This document shows, piece by piece, positions 1 to 9,697 of a stretch of 44,740 bases of DNA; position 1 is the first letter of the stretch, and every line of letters begins with the position of its first letter. Source of the DNA: Candidatus Oleincola secundus (GTDB taxonomy: Bacteria; Atribacterota; Phoenicimicrobiia; Phoenicimicrobiales; Stramentimicrobiaceae). The position numbers were made by a program, and so were the translations under genes. The stretch covers positions 1 through 44,740 of the forward strand of contig JAGYLS010000005.1 in NCBI GenBank assembly GCA_018400815.1. Reading direction: 5' to 3'. The notes beneath the pieces were generated by a model. The model made no database searches, was not told the DNA's origin, and worked only from the letters and a program-made list of their open reading frames with translations.

Positions 1-1
1 C

Positions 2-349
2 AATGGCATATACATTTTCTTGATTGAATAATCTTTCTGCTTCAGTTTTAGCAATATCAGGTTTGGCTTGATGATCGGCATGTACTAAAACAATTTTATA
101 TCCATCAAGAATGCCTTCCTGTTCTGCTAAAGGCACATCGCATTCGGGATGTGAATTATTAATGACTTCAACAGCAGTTTCAACAGCAGTCTTGCAACGA
201 CTCCCTGCCAAAGCACATGAACCGGTTAATGGGAAAAGAGTACCAATCTTAATTATTTTTTCTTGTGCAAAAGCAACACTACTTATCAAACTAAACATCA
301 AAATAATTGTCAGGAAAACAAGCAAGCTTTTTTTTGTAAAATTATTCAT
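2..349 (-). CDS. Branched-chain amino acid ABC transporter substrate-binding protein (Liv/PBP1 type), N-terminal part; runs off the window
   Basis: Not in the ORF track. Manual translation from ATG 349 (SD GGAGG): MNNFTKKSLLVFLTIILMFSLISSVAFAQEKIIKIGTLFPLTGSCALAG...HADHQAKPDIAKTEAERL, i.e. signal peptide plus the IKIG..PLTG motif. Confidence 0.85.
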   Translation of the reverse strand, partial: MNNFTKKSLLVFLTIILMFSLISSVAFAQEKIIKIGTLFPLTGSCALAGSRCKTAVETAVEVINNSHPECDVPLAEQEGILDGYKIVLVHADHQAKPDIAKTEAERLFNQENVYAI

Positions 350-802
350 TTTATTCCTCCTTGAATCTTTTTAAATAGCTATTTAAACAATTAAGAATAT
401 TACTAATGTTCTATAGTTTTTTTATCACTCCTCCTCTCTAATTCTGATTTAATATTAAGAAGAGCTGTACATGTAATGGAATGTTATCACTATCAAATCT
501 TTAATTAGCTCTGTTAAAATTCATAATTTTTGCAAAAAAAAATAAGAAGCAATTAACTTAAAGTACAGAAAAATTCACTAACAGAAGATAATTATAATGA
601 AAAAGTGAGAAAGTGTAGTTCATTTCGCTGAGGTTAAGGAGGAAAATACATTTTTTTGTTAAAAATCATGTTAAATAATCCAATCAAAATTATATTTAAT
701 TATCCAACTACCTTATATATAAATATTATACCTAAAATAATTTTCTTTTTCAAAATTAATTTATGAATATTTTAGCTAAAATTATTTTTTCACTTTGACT
801 GA

Positions 803-1351
803 TTAAGTTAATAACCAAAAACCACGCTCTATTGCTGCCATATTCAATTTTTTAATCTTCGCATTAGAATATTTATTCTTCACTGCATTGACTAAAGACG
901 ATTTTTTTATAAATTTTGTTTTTCCAACTATAAAAGCCAGAGCAATAATATTGATAGTCTGCAAAGAACCAATCTCAAAAGCTATATCAGAAAGAGGGAA
1001 AGAAAATATCCTCCCCATATTTTCATCAATTTGGTCTACTTCATTCTTGTTAACAACTAAAATAGTATCTTTAAAGATTTTATTTTTAATTTTTGGATAT
1101 GCCTTATTATGCAGGACCAATATTACATCAGGATGCTGGCATTCATAAAAATCAATAAATTCCTTTCCAATCAACACATCCGATTTAGCAAAAGTTCCCC
1201 TTGCTTCAGTGCCATAGGTGCATGTCATTGTGGCGAATTTGTTTTCATAACAACTGGCTGCTTCCCCAAGAATGATACCGCTGGAGACATTTCCCTGTCC
1301 ACCAACACCACTAATAATAATTTCAAAATAGTCTTTTTCGTAATATGGCAT
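803..1351 (-). CDS. 2-oxoacid:ferredoxin oxidoreductase gamma subunit
   Basis: GVGGQG and YGTEARG motifs; last gene of the delta-alpha-beta-gamma cluster. Confidence 0.9.
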   Translation of the reverse strand: MPYYEKDYFEIIISGVGGQGNVSSGIILGEAASCYENKFATMTCTYGTEARGTFAKSDVLIGKEFIDFYECQHPDVILVLHNKAYPKIKNKIFKDTILVVNKNEVDQIDENMGRIFSFPLSDIAFEIGSLQTINIIALAFIVGKTKFIKKSSLVNAVKNKYSNAKIKKLNMAAIERGFWLLT

Positions 1352-1416
1352 ATGGAACTCCTTCTCAACTTATATATGACAATCTACGTAATATAAGAGA
1401 AATTAGCTATATAAGT

Positions 1417-2223
1417 TCACTTATTTATCTTTTTTCGATAACGCTGTATGTATCCTTCAATATTTTGATCATTATATTCGCCAACTATAATTTTATTTTC
1501 CAACTCTTTTGGAGACAATTGTTCTGCTTTTTTAATATTTATCGTTCTTCGTTTTATATCTTTAATCATCCCCACAGCATTATTCATTTTATTATACTTT
1601 CCGTAATGTGTCGGGCAAATACTTATGATTTCTATAAAACGAAAGCCATACTTCTTTTTAATAGCTTTACTAATAAACTTCTGGATCATTCGGGGGTTAG
1701 CAATGGTAGTTTTGGCAACATATCCGGCGCCGGCGCTTTTTACCAAAGAAGATACATCAAAACCATCTTCTACGTGTCCAGTTCTGGAAGTCGAGGTAAT
1801 TGAACTATACGGAGTTGTCCCGGAATACTGACCACCAGTCATTCCATAATTCAGATTATTGGACATAACCACAATGATATCAATGTTACGTCTAGCTGCA
1901 TGAATTAGATGATTACCTCCAATAGTAGCGCCATCACCATCCCCTACCAGGGCAAATACATTCAATAATGGATTCGCTAATTTAACCCCTGTAGCTACTG
2001 GTATTGCTCGGCCATGTGTTCCATGAAAGGCATGAGTTGTCAAATAATCATCAGCCTTCCCCCAGCAACCAATTCCGGTCACAGCAACAATATCCTTTTT
2101 CTTTAAATTATTTTCTTCCATAGCTCTGGTCATTGCAGCAAAAATGATTCCATTCCCACATCCGGGACACCAAAAAAAAGGTAATAATTCTTTCTTTATA
2201 TATTTTTTACCATTATATTTCAT
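1417..2223 (-). CDS. 2-oxoacid:ferredoxin oxidoreductase beta subunit (TPP-binding)
   Basis: WCPGCG, GIGC, HGRA, GDGD..IGGNH, YGMTGGQ, CPT motifs. Confidence 0.93.
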   Translation of the reverse strand: MKYNGKKYIKKELLPFFWCPGCGNGIIFAAMTRAMEENNLKKKDIVAVTGIGCWGKADDYLTTHAFHGTHGRAIPVATGVKLANPLLNVFALVGDGDGATIGGNHLIHAARRNIDIIVVMSNNLNYGMTGGQYSGTTPYSSITSTSRTGHVEDGFDVSSLVKSAGAGYVAKTTIANPRMIQKFISKAIKKKYGFRFIEIISICPTHYGKYNKMNNAVGMIKDIKRRTINIKKAEQLSPKELENKIIVGEYNDQNIEGYIQRYRKKINK

Positions 2224-3368
2224 TTTGCAATTTCCTTATAGAGAACATTTAGGATATCTTCCGGTTGAATACTAATTCCTCCTAATTTATTGATACCGAT
2301 AACTGGTATATCCTTAGAATATTTGATTATCTCTGATTTTAATTGACCTAGTGATAATTCCGGAATCAAAACAAGCCTTACTTTAGAGATAAATGATTTA
2401 ATTATATCTATTGGAAATGGCCATAATGTCTGTAACTGTAAAACACCGACTTTAATACCTTCTTCTCTAGCCTTTTTCATAGCAGCCATAGCAGGTCGAA
2501 CGCTACATCCGTAGGAAATCATTAAAATATCAGCATCACTGGTATTAAATTTCTTAAATAGCGAAATTTCCTCTTTATATCTCTCAATCTTATTAATTAA
2601 GCGATAAACCAACTGTTCATGGTTGTTAGCATCAGCAGAGGGATAACCATCAATTCCATGTCCCGAACCATTTGCCCTGGCAATAAAAGAACTACCGAAG
2701 GGGGCAAAAGGAGGAACCAAATCTTCATCAGTTTTATATGGTTGAAATTTCTCCGGCTGACCAGTCGCCTTTTTTCGATTGACAATTTCAATTTTATCTC
2801 TTTTCGGTATTTCAACCGTTTCATACATCTTGCCTATAATCCCATCCAAAACAAGAAAAACCGGGCAGCGAAAACGCTCGGAAAAATTAAAAGCCTGGAT
2901 GGTTAAATCAAAGCATTCCTGTACAGAAGCTGGAGAAAGTGCAATAATCATATGATCTCCATGAGTGCCATGCCTGATTTGAAGAAAATCTCCCTGGGCA
3001 GGCTTTGTAGCTAAACCGGTACTGGGGCCTGCTCGCTGCACAGTTATAATAACACAAGGGGCTTCCACCATACACGCCAAACCAATATTTTCGCCCATTA
3101 AAGATATTCCCGGTCCACTGGTTGCTGTATAGGCTTTAACACCGGTCATACTGGCTCCGATTACTGCTGCAATACTACCAATCTCATCTTCCATCTGGAT
3201 ATATGTACCCCCCACATCAGGTAGAGAAACAGAGGCATGTTCTGCAATTTCAGAAGAAGGAGTGATAGGATAACCGGCAAAAAATCTTGCACCTGACATA
3301 ATTGCCGCTTCTCCAACAGCAATATTACCCTGTAAAAAATAGCGACCTTCTTTACTGGCAAACATCAT
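2220..3368 (-). CDS. 2-oxoacid:ferredoxin oxidoreductase alpha subunit
   Basis: GYPITP, QMEDEI, TATSGPG, QRAGPSTG motifs. Confidence 0.93.
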   Translation of the reverse strand: MMFASKEGRYFLQGNIAVGEAAIMSGARFFAGYPITPSSEIAEHASVSLPDVGGTYIQMEDEIGSIAAVIGASMTGVKAYTATSGPGISLMGENIGLACMVEAPCVIITVQRAGPSTGLATKPAQGDFLQIRHGTHGDHMIIALSPASVQECFDLTIQAFNFSERFRCPVFLVLDGIIGKMYETVEIPKRDKIEIVNRKKATGQPEKFQPYKTDEDLVPPFAPFGSSFIARANGSGHGIDGYPSADANNHEQLVYRLINKIERYKEEISLFKKFNTSDADILMISYGCSVRPAMAAMKKAREEGIKVGVLQLQTLWPFPIDIIKSFISKVRLVLIPELSLGQLKSEIIKYSKDIPVIGINKLGGISIQPEDILNVLYKEIAK

Positions 3369-3577
3369 TTATTGGGTTTCCCTTCTTTAATTTCATTACT
3401 AATATCAATTGCCATATCCGGACACATCATTATACACATATCACAATAAATACAATCATCAGGATTAACAACCTGCGGCCCTTCCAATTCATTAAATTTA
3501 AAAACCTGTTTAGGGCATACAAAGGCACAAATACCACATTTCTTACATAAAATCCGATCAATATTTATCTTTGCCAT
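3365..3577 (-). CDS. 2x[4Fe-4S] ferredoxin-like delta subunit
   Basis: Two CxxCxxCxxxCP motifs; overlaps the alpha-subunit start. Confidence 0.9.
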   Translation of the reverse strand: MAKINIDRILCKKCGICAFVCPKQVFKFNELEGPQVVNPDDCIYCDMCIMMCPDMAIDISNEIKEGKPNK

Positions 3578-3624
3578 TTATATTTTCCTCATACTGTTAA
3601 AACATAATTCCTTAAAAATAAGGT

Positions 3625-4548
3625 TTAAGATAATTTTTTATTTTCAGCTATTGCCTTGGCCAATAAAATGGAATAAAATCTTCTTTCAGCAGAGTCAGAA
3701 CGGGAGTTAATCATTATCGGAACTTCCGCACCAAAAACAATTGCTCCGGATTTTGCTTTTCCATGAATTTTCAAACTTTTCCCCAAAATGTTTCCCGCTT
3801 CCAGGTCAGGAACCAGCAGCATATCAGGATCTCCTGCTACTATAGGTTTATGAATACCTTTGTCTGTAGCAAACTCTGAATTAATGGCCACATCATAAGA
3901 TAATGGACCATCTATAATAAAATGCTCAATCTGCTTGCGTTCAGCCATTTTTGCCAGACAAGCAGCATCAATAGTTGTCTGCATACCCGGATTAACAACT
4001 TCTACAGCTGCTAAAACAGCTACTTTTGGTTTAATAATTCCTAAAGCATACCACAAGGGATATGAATTATTGATAATATCAATCTTTTCTTTCAATCCTG
4101 GATTCGGAATAATGGCAATATCAGTAATTCCGATTAATTTATGATAAGAAACCATTTCAAAAAGAGTAAGATTAGAAAGAAGTGGGGAAACTTTGAGACC
4201 ATATTCTTTATCCAGAATAGCCTTTAAAAAAATATTTGATTTTATTTTTCCTTTTGCCAGAATATGAGCATCTCCATCTTTTATTAACTTAATTGCTATT
4301 TGGGCTGCATCAAAAGGGGTCGGCGCATTTTTTATTTGATAATTTTTTATGCCTTCACCCGAATCCAATAGGATTTTTTCAATTTTTTGGGCATCTCCTA
4401 CCAATATCGGATCATAAATAATACCTTTTTTTAATGCTAACTTTATGCCTGTTAATACCTTTTCATCTTCAGCTGAGACAACTACAATTCTTGAAGGTTT
4501 TAATCTTTGAACAACTTTTTCTAACTGACAAAAACTTTTTATGGTCAT
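3625..4548 (-). CDS. ptb: Phosphate butyryltransferase / phosphate acyltransferase
   Basis: KVAVLAAVE, IDGPLSYD.A, PDLEAGNIL motifs; adjacent to butyrate kinase. Confidence 0.88.
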   Translation of the reverse strand: MTIKSFCQLEKVVQRLKPSRIVVVSAEDEKVLTGIKLALKKGIIYDPILVGDAQKIEKILLDSGEGIKNYQIKNAPTPFDAAQIAIKLIKDGDAHILAKGKIKSNIFLKAILDKEYGLKVSPLLSNLTLFEMVSYHKLIGITDIAIIPNPGLKEKIDIINNSYPLWYALGIIKPKVAVLAAVEVVNPGMQTTIDAACLAKMAERKQIEHFIIDGPLSYDVAINSEFATDKGIHKPIVAGDPDMLLVPDLEAGNILGKSLKIHGKAKSGAIVFGAEVPIMINSRSDSAERRFYSILLAKAIAENKKLS

Positions 4549-4551
4549 TAT

Positions 4552-5670
4552 TTATTCTTTCTCCTCAGGTTGCCTATATTTAATCGGCCAATTCAAATAA
4601 TCTTCCCTGCCGGTCAATACTCTTGCTACTGTTTCTGCCAATGCCTCATTTTCATTGCTACCTGGATATAGATAAATATTAGCTAATTTTTTAATCTTTT
4701 TCTTTAATCCACTAATTAAAAAATTGTCATGGGCTAAACCTCCGGTAATGATAATTCCATCCATTTCAAAATTAAGAACCGAAGCCATTGCCGCGATTTC
4801 TTTCCCTATCTGGTAAATCAGAGCATAATATATTTTTTGTACTTCCTGGTCACCTTGTTTTGCCCTTTTCTCTAACTCTACCATATTCTTGCTTCCCAGA
4901 TAGGCATAAACCCCTCCTTCACCGTATAATTTCAGTAATAAGGATTCTCTTGTGTATTTCCCCGAAAAACAGGCTTCTAATAAGGGGATGGGAGGAACAC
5001 CCCCTGCTCTTTCCGGGGTAAAAGAGGCTGATTCCATTCGATTATCGTTATCAATAATTCTCCCCTTATTTATAGCTGCAATGGAAAAACCTCCTCCCAG
5101 ATGTGCAATGACACATCGTATTTTATTAAAATCCTTACCAATTTTTTCGGCAAATTTATGTCCGGTAGCCCTTATGTTCAAAGCATGAACAAAACTAAAT
5201 CTGGGAAAATCAGGAGATCCGGATATTCGGGCAACTGGTGATAACTCATCCACACTAACTGGATCGACAATATAGGCAGAAACACCATAATACTGGGCAA
5301 TTCGATAGGCTAGTGGTGCACCTAAATTGGATGCATGCTGATAAACCGGCGTATACAAAGAAAACTCTACCAGTTGCTCATTAATTTTAATGGCTCCACT
5401 GGGAACCGGTGTTAACATACCTCCGCGACCGGCACAGGCAATTATTTTAGTATTTTTTGGTAAATATCTTTCAATAAAATACCTAATGTGTTTTTCTCGA
5501 TAATCAATTTGATCACTGATATTAGGGAATTGATTAATCTCTTTATCGGGATGCTTAATGATTTCTTCAATTATTCTTTCTATCTTTTTATCATGCAGGT
5601 AAAATAAAGCACATTTGGTGCTTGTAGAACCAGGATTAACCGTAAAAATTACCCCATCGTTCTTACTCAT
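4552..5670 (-). CDS. buk: Butyrate (branched-chain carboxylate) kinase
   Basis: NPGSTSTK, GRGG, HASNLGA, VDPVSVDE, HALN, HLGGG, TGGLA motifs. Confidence 0.93.
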   Translation of the reverse strand: MSKNDGVIFTVNPGSTSTKCALFYLHDKKIERIIEEIIKHPDKEINQFPNISDQIDYREKHIRYFIERYLPKNTKIIACAGRGGMLTPVPSGAIKINEQLVEFSLYTPVYQHASNLGAPLAYRIAQYYGVSAYIVDPVSVDELSPVARISGSPDFPRFSFVHALNIRATGHKFAEKIGKDFNKIRCVIAHLGGGFSIAAINKGRIIDNDNRMESASFTPERAGGVPPIPLLEACFSGKYTRESLLLKLYGEGGVYAYLGSKNMVELEKRAKQGDQEVQKIYYALIYQIGKEIAAMASVLNFEMDGIIITGGLAHDNFLISGLKKKIKKLANIYLYPGSNENEALAETVARVLTGREDYLNWPIKYRQPEEKE

Positions 5671-5685
5671 CTTTCTCCTTTTGTT

Positions 5686-5868
5686 TTAACGCAAACGATA
5701 AATTTTAATTCCCAAATGCTTTTTATTCTCAATCGCCTGGGCTTTAATTTTATTGATATACTTAGCAGGTTTATAATAAATGTATATAGTAAACCCAATA
5801 AAAAGAATAATTAATATCCCCCAGATAATTAAATCCAACTTTAGAAATGCCGGAATATTGTTAATCAT
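5686..5868 (-). CDS. Small single-TM membrane protein downstream of the SSS symporter
   Basis: 60 aa; hydrophobic LIIWGILIILFIGFTIYIYY; overlaps the symporter stop; SD-like AGGT. Confidence 0.65.
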   Translation of the reverse strand: MINNIPAFLKLDLIIWGILIILFIGFTIYIYYKPAKYINKIKAQAIENKKHLGIKIYRLR

Positions 5869-7357
5869 TCTTATTACCTTCTTTCTCTTCTAAATCTCTT
5901 CTAAAATTGATAAAGGGGGGCAACTCATTCGAAGTCTGAGTAGTCCACCTAGAATATAAACTTATTATTACAAAGGTAATTAAACTTAACAGGGCACACC
6001 AGACAGATATATGTAATTTGAAATAGGCCTGAAAATTGATTGGAAGACTAAATTGATACATAATTCCACCGACTAAGGCTACCCAAAGACTGTAGAAAGC
6101 AGCATCAGGGTGAGCTCTCCGCCACCATAAACCAAAAGCTACACAAATCATTAAAGCTCCTCTTATGGAATATACAAAAAAAGCCTGCTGAAGGATTTTA
6201 GGTAAGGTCATTGCCCCAAAAGCTGAACTAATGCCAATGATTAAAATCCAAATTCGGGTCCAGCGTGATAAATAACGATCATCGGTATTCGGATGAAGCC
6301 ACCTTTGCCAGATATCTTTAGACATAATTGATGCACAGCCGAAGAGTATGCCGGCAACAGTAGAAATCAATGCAGCAAAAATACCGGCAATGCCAATTCC
6401 ACCAATGATTGGATGGATATTCATTAAGGTTGCCCCTAAAGCCAACTTAGGATTAGTCGTTAAACCTGCTGCGCGGGCATATAAACCCATAGAGCCAGTC
6501 CAGATGCTTAAAGGTAAAATCAAGATAGCTGCCAGCACCGGAGCTAAGCGGGCTACCTTCCAGTTTTTAGCACCAAAAGAATAGTTAATAGTAGCTTGGG
6601 CAGCAGGAATTCCTAAAACGCCCCCTAAAAAATAACCCAGGACTGCCATGCCTCCAAGACTAAAGGGACTAAACAGACTAACAGCATCCAGACCTGCTCC
6701 GTTAAGAGCATTTGCCAAACCGGCATAACCAGCAACACCTGCTGAAGTAGATAGAAGAGGAATTTCTTTTTGCATCACCCACCAGAAAGCAAGAGGAATT
6801 CCGGTTCCAATGGTAAACATAAATGCTACACTGGTAAAGGCTACCGACCACATACCTGCAGCTAGCAGATAAACAGTCATGGCCAGACCACAGATTAATA
6901 CACTTATTTGTAAATTCAGACCGGTGACACTCGCTACCAGGGAACCAAGGGCAGTCATCTGAATAATGGTAAAGAACCAGTATCCTACTACATTAAGAAC
7001 AGAAGCAGCTTTCCAGGTCTTAATGTCATACAGATAGTAAAGGTATTCCGGTACAGTCACGACATTGTATTTGCGATAGTAATGGGCAAAGGCAAAGCCA
7101 AAGAGCATAAGACCACAAGCTGATGCAATATGATACCATATTACGCCCATCCCCTGATTAAAGGCTACCTCGGCTGTTCCGATTGTTCCCAGACCACCCA
7201 TGTATTCAGACGCAACAGAGACTGCCACAAACATGACCCCAAGATTTCGACCGGCTACCAGAAGATCCTCAGAGGCCTTGACTTTACGTACAGCTAAAAT
7301 CCCCAAAAAAATAATAAAGAAAAAATAGATGATTAGAATAATTAACTGAATCGACAT
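5861..7357 (-). CDS. Sodium:solute symporter (SSS family)
   Basis: About 13 hydrophobic segments; LVAGR, TVPEYL and FAALIST motifs. Confidence 0.9.
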   Translation of the reverse strand: MSIQLIILIIYFFFIIFLGILAVRKVKASEDLLVAGRNLGVMFVAVSVASEYMGGLGTIGTAEVAFNQGMGVIWYHIASACGLMLFGFAFAHYYRKYNVVTVPEYLYYLYDIKTWKAASVLNVVGYWFFTIIQMTALGSLVASVTGLNLQISVLICGLAMTVYLLAAGMWSVAFTSVAFMFTIGTGIPLAFWWVMQKEIPLLSTSAGVAGYAGLANALNGAGLDAVSLFSPFSLGGMAVLGYFLGGVLGIPAAQATINYSFGAKNWKVARLAPVLAAILILPLSIWTGSMGLYARAAGLTTNPKLALGATLMNIHPIIGGIGIAGIFAALISTVAGILFGCASIMSKDIWQRWLHPNTDDRYLSRWTRIWILIIGISSAFGAMTLPKILQQAFFVYSIRGALMICVAFGLWWRRAHPDAAFYSLWVALVGGIMYQFSLPINFQAYFKLHISVWCALLSLITFVIISLYSRWTTQTSNELPPFINFRRDLEEKEGNKND

Positions 7358-7378
7358 AACCGACTATGTCCTTTCTTA

Positions 7379-7537
7379 TTAAATAGCCATAAAGGTGAGA
7401 ATGATTCCTAAGATAAAGATTATTAGATAGAACAACAAAAAGGGCTTATCGGTTTGGTCGAATAGAATTATTTGTTCCGTTTCATCAGAAATAGATTTTT
7501 CATCTTCTAAAAAGTCTTTTCCGAGAGAATTTGAAAT
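7379..7537 (-). CDS. Putative 52-aa membrane peptide with a non-canonical ATT start
   Basis: AGGAGG 8 nt before ATT. Frame (M)SNSLGKDFLEDEKSISDETEQIILFDQTDKPFLLFYLIIFILGIILTFMAI* ends 21 nt before the symporter start; an in-frame TAG lies just upstream. Confidence 0.55.
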   Translation of the reverse strand: MSNSLGKDFLEDEKSISDETEQIILFDQTDKPFLLFYLIIFILGIILTFMAI

Positions 7538-7703
7538 AACCTTATCCTCCTATCACCAAATATATTAATTATGTAAATTATATTTTGGCCACTTTTTCTG
7601 TCTAAAGGAAATAAAAACATTTCATTGTTCTTATTTCCTTGATAAAGCATTTTAATAATATATTATCAGTAATTATTAATATTTCAAAATAATTTCTAAC
7701 TTA

Positions 7704-9545
7704 TCAGGAATAAAGTTCAAAAGGAGAAACTACTGCTTTGCCATGTTCTTCTCTTGTCTTGTGTAATCTTTCTATTTGATTTTCCAATTCTTTATTAAAT
7801 TCAGTATCTGTCATAGTGATGTTTGAGAAAACATTCTGCATTCTACTCATCTTTTCCAGATATTTGTCAATTCTCAGAGAAAATTGCTTAATATAATCTT
7901 CTTTAGCATATTCTCTGTTCAATTCCTGGAGAAAAAGACTTTTTAAATCTTCATAAAGAGGAATTCTTCCTACCGGTGTTTCGATGGCCTCAAATTCACC
8001 ATGAACCCTGCCTTCAGCCCAAACCATCCATACTACTTTGTCAATTTTTGCATTCAGGAAGTGACCCTGCTCATCCTTTAAAAAATAATTAGTCGCAAAT
8101 ATCTTTGGCACTCTTGTGAGATTTTCTTTAAAGGATAAATGATTCTTTATATAATCTGCAAAAGGAATTGAAATAAAATCAAGATTGGCCATGGGATTGT
8201 GTTTTCTAACCCCCTGCTTGCCAAGAGTTGCAGCAGTTGTTTCTGATTCAATTGTGGCTCCTATAAATACACCGTGATCCCAATTTAGCGATTCCACTAT
8301 TGGCATCGAGGTATCTGAATCTCTACCTCCATAAACAAAACCATCAACAGGTACTCCTTCTGGATTTTCTGCCTCTGGATCTATATTTTTTAATTCACCC
8401 AATCGGATGGTATATCTTGCATTCTTATGTGAAGGGTCAATTTCATTGTCGTGCTCGTCTTTCTTCCCCGAATACCATTTCCCGCTATAATTAATACCTT
8501 CCTCAGGAAGATCTTTTCCCATTCCCATCCAGTAAGGGATACTATCCTTTATGAGAACATTGGAAAAAATAATTTCACGTTTTGTTGTTAATGCCTGATA
8601 AATTACCGGGTCATCTTCCGGGTTAACATCTGCGATAATACCGAAAATCCCTTTTTCCACATTTGCTGCCCTGACCTCACCGTTAATTTTCTTCATATAA
8701 GCGATATCATCACCGACAATGGATTGTCCCGGTAACATGGCGGTGCTGGTTTTACCACAGGCGCTGGGGAATGCACCGGTAAAATAGGTAGTTCTTCCAT
8801 TTTTACCATGAACTCCCATAATAAACATATGTTCTGCCAGCCATCCCTCTCCAGAAGCTTTATTAATAGCCAAACGGAAGGCTAGTTTTTTTAATCCTAT
8901 GGAATTACCGGCATATTGGTTGTTTACTGAATAAACACTATTTCCCTCTAAATCTATATATATTCGTCTCTTATCGATATCTATGCTAACATTGTTTTCC
9001 AATCTTCCGGCAGAATGTAAAAAGAAGAAAAATTGATTAGAACCATTTAAGTCCTTAAATCCCTCGTAATTGTTTCTATAAAGCAAGTCTTCACTATGTG
9101 CTACATAAGCAGAATCAGTAATCTGTAAGGCAGGAATAGAAAATGAAGAATGCGTTGGGCCTAGAGAAAAGAAACGTACCAGCATCTCTTTTCCCTTCAT
9201 GCTCCCCTTAAAATAAGATTTGACTTCTTCTAATCCCTTATCCTTGTCAATAGAGTTAAGGTCAATACCCCAATCTATCTTCTCAGATACAAGATAACGA
9301 GTATTCTCTTTGTCTCTACCCTGGTCATGATAACCATCAAAATGAACAGTGTGACCTGTTAATTTTAATTTGTCCTCTTCCTTGTTTTTTAAAGCTAATT
9401 CCCTTACATATTGAATATCTTCCGGAGCATCGGTAACCACTGTTATCTTTTCCGGTTGGCATAGTATAATTGCCTCTTCCACTCTTTGAATAACATAAGG
9501 GTTATTTAAAGCTTCGAGTTTCTTTTGGTTTATTTCATCCATCAT
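7704..9545 (-). CDS. pckG: Phosphoenolpyruvate carboxykinase (GTP)
   Basis: WLAEHM, FPSACGKTS, VGDDIA, YGGRD, ESETTAA, NPMAN motifs. Confidence 0.95.
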   Translation of the reverse strand: MMDEINQKKLEALNNPYVIQRVEEAIILCQPEKITVVTDAPEDIQYVRELALKNKEEDKLKLTGHTVHFDGYHDQGRDKENTRYLVSEKIDWGIDLNSIDKDKGLEEVKSYFKGSMKGKEMLVRFFSLGPTHSSFSIPALQITDSAYVAHSEDLLYRNNYEGFKDLNGSNQFFFFLHSAGRLENNVSIDIDKRRIYIDLEGNSVYSVNNQYAGNSIGLKKLAFRLAINKASGEGWLAEHMFIMGVHGKNGRTTYFTGAFPSACGKTSTAMLPGQSIVGDDIAYMKKINGEVRAANVEKGIFGIIADVNPEDDPVIYQALTTKREIIFSNVLIKDSIPYWMGMGKDLPEEGINYSGKWYSGKKDEHDNEIDPSHKNARYTIRLGELKNIDPEAENPEGVPVDGFVYGGRDSDTSMPIVESLNWDHGVFIGATIESETTAATLGKQGVRKHNPMANLDFISIPFADYIKNHLSFKENLTRVPKIFATNYFLKDEQGHFLNAKIDKVVWMVWAEGRVHGEFEAIETPVGRIPLYEDLKSLFLQELNREYAKEDYIKQFSLRIDKYLEKMSRMQNVFSNITMTDTEFNKELENQIERLHKTREEHGKAVVSPFELYS

Positions 9546-9697
9546 ATCCTTGGCCTTCCTTCCTCTTTTGAAATAAATAAATCAGGACATTTTATAAGTT
9601 CACTGATTTATAACTATTATCTATAATAATAAAGAATTAGCTAAATAGTCAAGAAAAAGCAAGAAATACCTTATTATTTAGAAATAAATTTTCTAAA

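Noticed and set aside
350..800. Riboswitch or leader peptide upstream of the Liv-type gene (extra AGGAGG at about 428-436)
   Set aside because: Only a 5-codon frame follows and no recognisable aptamer is present
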